A DNA stretch of 31,596 nucleotides. It comes from Macrostomum lignano. Its lineage: Eukaryota. The stretch lies in the NCBI GenBank assembly GCA_002269645.1, contig NIVC01004915.1:1-31596 (forward strand), written 5' to 3'. The position numbers and the translations under genes are program-made. Position 1 is the stretch's first letter, and every line of letters starts with the position of its first letter. This document shows, piece after piece, positions 23,745 through 31,596 of the stretch. Under the pieces are notes generated by a model, which saw only the letters and a program-made list of their open reading frames with translations, was not told where the DNA came from and searched no databases.

Positions 23745-26120
23745 TCACACTTTCCCTCACTCTCACTCTCCTCCCTCACTCTCACTCTCCTCTCTCATTC
23801 ACTCTCACTCTCTCTCTCTCATTCACTCTCACTGTCACACACACACACACACACACTCTCATTCACTCTCACTTTCTCTCTCATTCACTCTCACTCTCTC
23901 TCTTTCTCATTCACTCTCACTCTCTCTCTCATTCACTCTCACTGTCACACACAAACACACTCTCTCATTCACTCTCACTCTCTCTCTCTCATTCACTCTC
24001 GCTCTCTCTCTTTCTCATTCACTCTCACTCTCTCTCTCATTCACTCTCTCTCTCTTTCTCATTCACTCTCACTCTCTCTCTCATTCACTCTTACACTCTC
24101 TCTCATTCACTCTCACACTCTCTCTCATTCACTCTCACACTCTCTCTCATTCACCCTCACTCTCTTTCTCATTCACTCTCCCACACTCTCTCTCTCTCTC
24201 ATTCACTCTCCCACACACTCTCTCTCTCTCTCTCTCATTCACTCTCACTATCACACACACTCTCTCATTCACTCTCACTCTCTCTCTCTCATTCACTCTC
24301 ACTCTCTCTTTTTCTCATTAACTCTCACTCTCTCTCTCATTCACTCTTACACTCTCTCTCATTCACTCTCACACTCTCTCTCATTCACTCTCACACTCTC
24401 TCTTATTCACCCTCACTCTCTTTCTCATTCACTCTCTCACTCTCTCTCATTCACTCTCACTCTCTCTCTCATTCACTCTCACTCTCTCTCTTTCTCATTC
24501 ACTCTCACTCTTTCTCTTTCTCATTCACTCTCACACTCTCTCTCATTCACTCTCACACTCTCTCTCATTCACCCTCACTCTCTTTCTCATTCACTCTCCC
24601 AGACACACTCTCTCTCTCAATCACACACACTCTCTCATTCACTCTCACTCTCTTTTTTCTCATTAACTCTCACTCTCTCTCTCTCATTCACTCTCACTCT
24701 CTCTCTCATTCACTCTCACTCTCTCTCTCATTCACTCTCACTCTCTCTCTCATTCACTCTCACTCTCTCTCTTTCTCATTCACTCTCACTCTTTCTCTTC
24801 TCATTCACTCTCACACTCTCTCTCATTCACTCTCACACTCTCTCTCATTCACCCTCACTCTCTTTCTCATTCACTCTCCCAGACACACTCTCTCTCAATC
24901 ACACACACTCTCTCATTCACTCTCACTCTCTTTCTCATTAACTCTCTCTCTCTCTCTCATTCACTCTCACTCTCTCTCATTCACTCTCACTCTCTCTCTC
25001 ATTCACTCTCACTCTCTCTCTTTCTCATTCACTCTCACTCTCTCTTCTCATTCACTCTCACACTCTCTCTCATTCACTCTCACTCTCTCTCTCATTCACT
25101 CTCACTCTCTCTTTCTCATTCACTCTCACTCTTTCTCTTTCTCATTCACTCTCACACTCTCTCTCATTCACTCTCACACTCTCTCTCATTCACCCTCACT
25201 CTCTTTCTCATTCACTCTCCCAACACACTCTCTCTCTCAATCACACACACTCTCTCATTCACTCTCACTCTCTTTTTTTCTCATTAACTCTCTCTCTCTC
25301 TCTCTCATTCACTCTCACTCTCTCTCTCATTCACTCTCACTCTCTCTCTCATTCACTCTCACTCTCTCTCATTTCTCATTCTCTCACTCTTCTCTTTCTC
25401 ATTCACTCTCACACTCTCTCTCATTCACTCTCACACTCTCTCTCATTCACCCTCATCTCTTTCTCATTCACTCTCCCACACACTCTCTCTCTCATCACTT
25501 CACTCTCTCTCTCTCTCACTCTCTCTCTCATTCACTCTCACTCTCTCTCTCATTCACTCTCACTCTCTCTTTCTCATTCACTCTCACTCTCTCTCTCTCA
25601 TTCACTCTCACTCTCTCTCTCTCTCATTCACTCTCACTCTTCTCTTCTTCATTCACTCTCACACTCTCTCTCATTCATTCTCACACTCTCCTATCTCATT
25701 CACTATCACACTCTTTCTCTCTTATTCACTCTCACACTTCCCTCATTCACTCTCACTCTCTCTCTATCTTCACTCTACTTCACTCTCTCTCTCTCATTCA
25801 CTCTCACCTCTCTCATCCATTCACTCTCACTCTCTATGTCTCTCTCTCATTCATCTCTCACACTCTCCTCTCTCATTCACTCTCACACTCTCACCTCTCA
25901 CTCTCTCTGTCTCTCTCTCATTCATTCTCACACTCTCCTCTCTCATTCACTCTCACACTCTCCCTCTCTCTCACTCATTCTCACTTTCCTTCTCTCATTT
26001 ACTCTCAATTTTCTTCTCTCACTCATTCTCACACTCTCCTATCTCATTCACTATCACACTCTTTCTCTCTTATTCACTCTCACACTTCCCTCATTCACTC
26101 TCTCACTCTCCCTCTATCTC
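23745..26120. repeat. 2.4-kb degenerate CT-rich low-complexity satellite (ctcattcactctcactctct)
   Basis: Almost G-free plus strand; source of the S/H/L/T ORFs. Confidence 0.95.
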
Positions 26121-26889
26121 GCTCGCATATCTCTACCCTGCCCAGCCCATAGAGATCTCGAACCCTTCTGCGGTGATATTTCAGTCAGAATCCCACCAGA
26201 AATGAAAAGCGAACCGATCGTGACCAACTGTTTCAAGCCTGAAACGGGAACCCAGAGGTTCTGCATAATTATGTATATTTAATAAAGGTATTCAGTAGCA
26301 GTTAATCGCTCAACAAGGTTAGGGACGCGAATTGAATTGCGCACTGTCAGTTGCAGAGCTGTTTCCGAGATTAACTGCATACCTGAAAACACACGCGCAG
26401 AGAGAGAGAGGAACAGGCAATTTAAAATTGTGAGCTGTAACAGCGCTATTAAGGGCTAAGATTATCGATATTAATAAATCGCTAAATAAATAAAATAATT
26501 ATTAGCAGCAAAAACAATAGCGAAGCGATTTGAAACTTTAATTCAATAATTTTTAGCATAAAGGTTTTGATGAACAAAGGAGAGTTCAGTCTGAAGCCGG
26601 CGGAGTTCACCGGGGTTGCCTGAAAGAGAACAACTGGCGCCGGCCTCTGGTCACGCAAGCAGTGTAGAATATAAAAATTCATTTTGTCGCTTATCACGCA
26701 CGGTTGTTGCTCAGCAATTCTAGGGAAATGGACTGAGGAAAGGAAAGAGTGAAAACCTGTTCAGGGACATGAAAAACTAAGAACTTCATGTGCTCATCGC
26801 TCAAAAGTTGTTTATGTACTTTGATTTTATCAAAGCAATCACGGTTCAAATTTAGGTTGCGGAAGAGAGCAACAGGGGAGGTTAAAAAG

Positions 26890-27472
26890 GGGAGAGTAGA
26901 GAAGAGCGAAGGAGAGTAGAGAGGAGAGAGGGAGAGTAGAGAGGAGAGAGGGAGAGTAGAGAGGAGAGAGGAAAAGTAGAGAGGAGAGAGTGAGAGTAGA
27001 GAGAGAGGGGAGAGTAAAGAGGAGAGAGGAAAAGTAGAGAGGAGAGAGTGAGAGGAGAGAGAGAGAGGGAGAGTAGAGAGGAGAGAGGGAGAGTAGAGGA
27101 GAGAGGAAAAGTAGAGAGGAGAGGGGAGAGTAGAGAGGAGAGAGTGAGAGTAGAGAGGAGAGGGGGAGAGTAGAGAGGAGAGAGTGAGAGTAGAGGAGAG
27201 AGGAAAAGTAGAGAGGAGAGAGTGAGAGTAGAGAGGATAGAGGGAGAGGAGAGAGGATAGAGTGAGAGTAGAGAGGAGAGAGTGAGAGTAGAGAGGATAG
27301 AGGGAGAGTAGAGAGGAGAGAGGGAGAGTAGAGAGGAGAGAAGGAGAGGAGAGAGGAAGAGTAGAGAGGAGAGAGTGAGAGTAGAGAGGATAGAGGAAGA
27401 GGAGAGAGGAGAGAGTGAGAGTAGAGAGGATAGAGGAAGAGGAGAGAGGAGAGAGTGAGAGTAGAGGAGAGG
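26890..27472. repeat. GA-rich ~20-bp degenerate repeat (gagaggagagagggagagta)
   Basis: Almost pure purine on the plus strand. Confidence 0.93.
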
Positions 27473-27954
27473 GATGTACAGTAAGAGAGATAGGAGACTG
27501 AAGCCCAGGGATAATTCTGCGGGCGGGATGGAGGCTCAGAAATTGAGAGAGAGAGGCAGCAACAGCTGACCGGAGGTAGGGGCTGAGCTCACGGACAATG
27601 GGAGATGCAGAACGCAGATTATTCGAAAGCCGGTCGGTCGAGCAGCCTCCGGCTGAGGTAGTCGCGTGTTAGCGAATTCCCAGAGAACTCAATCGACATG
27701 AAAGCGCGCGATCGAAAGCAGAATTTTTATGGAAATTTAAAAAAAATGTTGAATGTCGCCGATTCGTCTACTTGTAGTAGGAGTGCGGAACATGTAGGGA
27801 GTTTTCTGCACGCGAACTAATAAATCTTACAGTTTCCGATAACAATTGAGACTATAGTTAAATGACAGTCGTTGGGCAGCACAGAGTACCAAAATAATTA
27901 ATTATCCATGCCAAATTTGTTGCTAAGGTCGAGCTAATATAGAAAATGTCTCAG

Positions 27955-27960
27955 TTTATT
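27955..27960 (-). other. Probable polyadenylation signal (AATAAA) of the Src-family gene
   Basis: tttatt on the plus strand, ~66 nt downstream of the predicted stop at 28026. Confidence 0.55.
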
Positions 27961-28025
27961 TCTTGTCAAACATTTTGGCTTCCGATTGAGATTCTCAGTC
28001 CTGAGGTTCCTGGTGTCTGGTTGCT

Positions 28026-28034
28026 TCACACGAC
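28026..28034 (-). CDS. Probable last coding exon of the Src-family kinase (GTC GTG TGA = V V stop)
   Basis: Strong acceptor ctcttctcattttgcag| (AG 28036-28035), phase 0, matching the donor at 28599; AATAAA follows. Confidence 0.65.
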   Translation of the reverse strand, partial: VV

Positions 28035-28067
28035 CTGCAAAATGAGAAGAGTTTGCCCCTGAATATT

Positions 28068-28605
28068 CACACCTGGTGATTCCATTCACAGAAATCCAAC
28101 AATTACCTGGTGATCCCATTCACAGAAATCCAACTATCACCTGGTAATCCCATTCACAGATATCTCAAAATCACCTGGTGATCCATTCACAGAAATCCCA
28201 CAATCACCTGGTGATCCCATTCACAGAAATCCAACTATCACCTGGTGATCCCATTCACAGAAATCTCAAAATCACCTGGTGATCCCATTCACAGAAATCT
28301 CAAAATCACCTGGTGATCCCATTCACAGAAATCCAACTATCACCTGGTGATCCCATTCACAGAAATCCCACAATCACCTGGTGATCCCATTCACAGAAAT
28401 CCAACTATCACCTGGTGATCCCATTCACAGAAATCCCACAATTACCTGGTGATCCCATTCACAGAAATCCACAATCACCTGGTGATCCCATTAACAGAAA
28501 TCCCACAATGATCCCATTCACAGAGAAATCCCACAATGATCCCATTCACAGAAAATCCAACAATCACCTGGTGGTCCATTCACAGAAATCCCCTCTCACC
28601 TGGTC
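28068..28605. repeat. ~31-35-bp minisatellite (cacctggtgatcccattcacagaaatccaactat) filling the last Src intron
   Basis: About 16 units; the first unit overlaps the exon donor site. Confidence 0.93.
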
Positions 28606-29103
28606 CTGAGTCGCGAGCCGGTAGCTGGGCTCCGTGGCCGGGAAGAAGTCGTCAAAGAAGTTCCTGAGGTACTCGAAAGTCGGCCGCTGGTCGGGCTGCT
28701 CCTCCCAGCAGGCCAGCATGACTTCATACAGGCCGTCCGGGCATTCCACCGGCTTCGGCATCCGGTAGCCGTTCTCGACTGCGCTGAGCGTCTCGGTGTT
28801 GGACATCCCGGCGTACGGCACCTGGCCGCGGGTGACCACTTCGAAGACTACGATGCCGAAGGACCAGATGTCCGACTTGATGGAGAACCGGCCCAGCAGC
28901 GCCGCCTCCGGGCTGGTCCACTTGATGGGGAACTTGGCGCCCTGCTTGGCGGTGTACTCCCCGCCGTCAGCGTCGCCGATAGCTCTGGACAGGCCAAAGT
29001 CCGCCACCTTCACCGTGTTGTTGTCGCCGACAAGGATGTTGCGGGCGGCCAAGTCGCGGTGGATGAACTTCTCGGCTTCCAGGTAGGCCATCCCGCTCGC
29101 CAC
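28600..29103 (-). CDS. Src-family tyrosine kinase exon: kinase C-lobe and C-terminal regulatory tail
   Basis: [40 protein letters not shown] and TEPSY (position of the Src Y527-type inhibitory Tyr). Acceptor ttcccccag|GTG (29105-29104) and donor CAG|GTGAGA (28599). 504 nt, phase 0/0. Confidence 0.95.
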
Positions 29104-29185
29104 CTGGGGGAAGCGAGGGAGTCCGAGTCAGATTCTAGCCCACAGGTTCTAGTTGAAATCAGCAGCAACCGACTTACGGATTCTT

Positions 29186-29331
29186 GATAACGACCGCACC
29201 CACCACCCCACATTCCCCGATAACGACCGCACCCACCACCCCACATTCCCGATAACGACCGCACCCACCACCCCACATTCCCCGATAACGGCCGCACCCA
29301 CCACCCCACATTCCCCGATAGCGGCCGCACC
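29186..29331. repeat. 32-33-bp tandem repeat, ~4.5 copies, in the 239-nt Src intron (29104-29342)
   Basis: gataac/gatagc recurs at 29186, 29219, 29251, 29284 and 29317. Confidence 0.9.
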
Positions 29332-29342
29332 CTTGTCCTCAC

Positions 29343-29918
29343 CTGACCCAAAATGTCCACCAGCACGTCGAGCTCAAGCAGCGGCCTGGAGTCGCGCAGG
29401 TGTGCGAGCAGCGACCCGTGGCTCATCAACTCGGTGACAATGAACACCGGATCCTCGCCGTGCACACGGCAAACAGCTGCACCAGTTTGGGATGCCGCAG
29501 CCGCTTCATGATTTTTGCCTCCTTAAGAAAATCCGCCCTAGACATGCTGCCGGTTTTCAGCATCTTGACAGCCACCTCTTTGCGGTCGTTGAACAGGGCG
29601 CGCCAGACTTCGCCGAACTGGCCGGAGCCCAGCTGCTCAAGCAGGCAGAGCTGCTCCCGGGAATCTCCCACTGGTCCCTGGTCTGGAAGGACAGGTCCGC
29701 CAGTATTGGCAGCGGCTTCGGGCACGGCCGGGTGAGGCAGCAGCAGAGACCGTCTGGGTGCTCAGTGTAGTTGTCAATCAGAGCCTGCATGGTGGGAAAC
29801 TTCCTGCGGCTAGTGATGTAGAATCCGGCCCCGTTGTCCAGCAGCCGGATGCGGTAGTGCTTCACCGTGTCCCGGCCTGTGGCCTTGTCCAGGTCCAGAA
29901 CGGATAGGGAGTAGGACT
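29343..29918 (-). CDS. Src-family kinase exon: SH2 C-terminal part, linker and kinase N-lobe; interrupted by two apparent 1-nt deletions
   Basis: YSLSV...KHYRIR...DGLCCCL (SH2), [31 protein letters not shown] and VFIVTELM are spread over three frames. Acceptor cccgcag|AG (29920-29919), phase 1; donor CAG|GTGAGG (29342). Confidence 0.9.
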
Positions 29919-29982
29919 CTGCGGGTGACACGGTGGTGGCAGTGGTTTAGTAAAGTGGCTGAGGAATGGCTGCGACAGTCTG

Positions 29983-30222
29983 GGAGAGTTACTAAGAGAG
30001 TGACTGGGAGAGTGACTGGGAGAGTGACTGGGAGAGTGACTGGGAGGGTGACTGGGAGAGTTGCTGGGAGAGTTACTGGAAGAGTGTATGAGAGAGTGAC
30101 TGGAGAGTGACTGGGAGAGTGACTGGGAGAGTGACTGGGATAGTGACTGGGAGAGTGACTGGGAGAGTGACTGTGAGAGTTACTGGGAGAGTGACTGGGA
30201 GAGTGACTGGGAGAGTGACTGG
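29983..30222. repeat. 12-bp minisatellite (gtgactgggaga), ~19 copies
   Basis: Seen directly (VTGR / LPVT frames). Confidence 0.93.
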
Positions 30223-30794
30223 AAGTGTTTGGAAGGGGTCTGGGGGGTCTCTCTGAGTTGAGAGAGATACTACTTCTGCAGTGAACAGTAGTACGCAGTG
30301 CAAGTTTTAACTGAATAAGCTAAACACCCCGGTTCAAGCAAGCATGAGTAGCGGAGCTGTGCCAAGAATTGAAGCAGAAGGCGTTGCCTGTCTGCTTTTG
30401 GGGCAACGTAGCCATGAAAATGTGGAGTGACCTGAACTTCCTCTGCTGACATTCAATCAGATCTCACAATGGACCGCCCTCCAGTCCAGGAGTGGCAGGC
30501 CGCCCCAGGCCCTTCCTGCGAGTGAAAAAAATTCCAACTCCACAGCGATCGGTCACCGAAATTGTCGAGGATTTCTCAACTCAATCATTCCCAGCCGGCT
30601 GTCGGAGCTGAAATCCCATACTGCCCCCCCCCCCGGGGATATGGGTCACAACAGTAACTTCGGGACAGAGCCGCTTCCTGCTTCCAAGTTGCCCATCAAC
30701 TCGCCTGCCACTCAGCGGTCGAACTTTTATTCTCTGCCGCTTGAGAAACTGGCATGTTGGGGACAACTGCTCACTGTCTGATGCACTAGGGTAA

Positions 30795-31590
30795 GGCCAT
30801 TGCTGTCTCACAGACTGGCTGTGTTATGCAACAGAACAAATGGGCCATTGCTGTCTCACAGACTGGCTGTGTTATGCAACAGAACAAATGGGCCATTGCT
30901 GTCTCACAGACTGGCTGTGTTATGCAACAGAACAAATGGGCCATTGCTGTCTCACAGACTGGCTGTGTTATGCAACAGAACAAATGGGCCATTGCTGTCT
31001 CACAGACTGGCTGTGTTATGCAACAGAACAAATGGGCCATTGCTGTCTCACAGACTGGCTGTGTTATGCAACAGAACAAATGGGCCATTGCTGTCTAACA
31101 GCCTGGCTGTGTTATGCAACAGAACAAATGGGCCATTGCTGTCTCACAGACTGGCTGTGTTATGCAACAGAACAAATGGGCCATTGCTGTCTAACAGCCT
31201 GGCTGTGTTATGCAACAGAACAATGGGCCATTGCTGTCTCACAGACTGGCTGTGTTATGCAACAGAACAATGGGGTCATTGCTGTCTAACAGCTGGCTGT
31301 GTTATGCAACAGAACAATGGGGTCATTGCTGTCTAACAGCTGGCTGTGTTATGCAACAGAACAATGGGGTCATTGCTGTCTCACAGACTGGCTGTGTTAT
31401 GCAACAGAACAATGGGGTCATTGCTGTCTAACAGCCTGGCTGTGTTATGCAACAGAACAATGGGGTCATTGCTGTCTAACAGCCTGGCTGTGTTATGCAA
31501 CAGAACAATGGGGTCATTGCTGTCTAACAGCTGGCTGTGTTATGCAACAGAACAAATGGGGTCATTGCTGTCTAACAGCCTGGCTGTGTT
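30795..31590. repeat. 47-48-bp minisatellite (ccattgctgtctcacagactggctgtgttatgcaacagaacaaatggg), ~17 copies, running to the window edge
   Basis: 16-aa periodicity in the overlapping ORFs. Confidence 0.95.
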
Positions 31591-31596
31591 GTTTCA

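Larger units (their letters stand above)
28026..29918 (-). other. Src-family (Src/Fyn/Yes-like) non-receptor tyrosine kinase gene, 3' part; SH3 and N-terminal exons lie beyond the window or are unrecognised
   Basis: SH2-kinase order, activation-loop Tyr, C-terminal Tyr and gatekeeper Thr. The exact orthologue cannot be determined here. Confidence 0.88.

Noticed and set aside
23564-26282. 862-aa and 452-aa Ser/His/Leu ORFs
   Set aside because: They are translations of a G-poor CT satellite that cannot easily form stop codons.
26150-26290. Plus-strand frame ending ...QRFCIIMYI* immediately followed by AATAAA
   Set aside because: There is no upstream exon or recognisable domain; the ORF start lies in the CT satellite.
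30270-30452. ORF with FHGYVAPKADRQRLLL, loosely like an SH2 N-terminus
   Set aside because: It lacks the SH2 Trp and the FLxRES motif, and I found no convincing splice sites linking it to 29918.
235-31590. Shared short cores (ATCTC, CTCAG, GCTGG) among several arrays as a common recombination signal
   Set aside because: Motifs of 4-5 nt are expected by chance, and I cannot test enrichment here.

Overview
This is eukaryotic (metazoan) genomic DNA, not prokaryotic. It holds two spliced minus-strand genes. (1) A seven-cadherin-repeat protocadherin: signal peptide, 7 EC repeats, TM helix and cytoplasmic tail. Exons are 16483-15659, 14848-13556 and 12945-12339, plus a probable last exon ending at 4368. 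(2) The 3' part of a Src-family tyrosine kinase: SH2 C-terminal part, kinase domain and regulatory tail. Exons are 29918-29343, 29103-28600 and a 9-nt coding end at 28034-28026; one exon carries two single-base frameshifts. Positions 1-130 may be the end of a plus-strand gene. About half the window (~16-17 kb, my estimate) is 21 unrelated tandem arrays with 9-85 bp units. These produce nearly all the long ORFs in the track, and those ORFs are spurious. The most notable pattern is that some arrays are amplified copies of splice sites: a 21-bp array supplies many in-frame acceptors at the protocadherin last exon, and a ~33-bp array supplies ~14 donor-like sites in the last Src intron. GC-rich exons, minisatellite-filled introns and homopolymer indels suggest a long-read invertebrate assembly such as the flatworm Macrostomum; that is inference only. 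I found no CRISPR array, rRNA, tRNA or recognisable transposase/RT.
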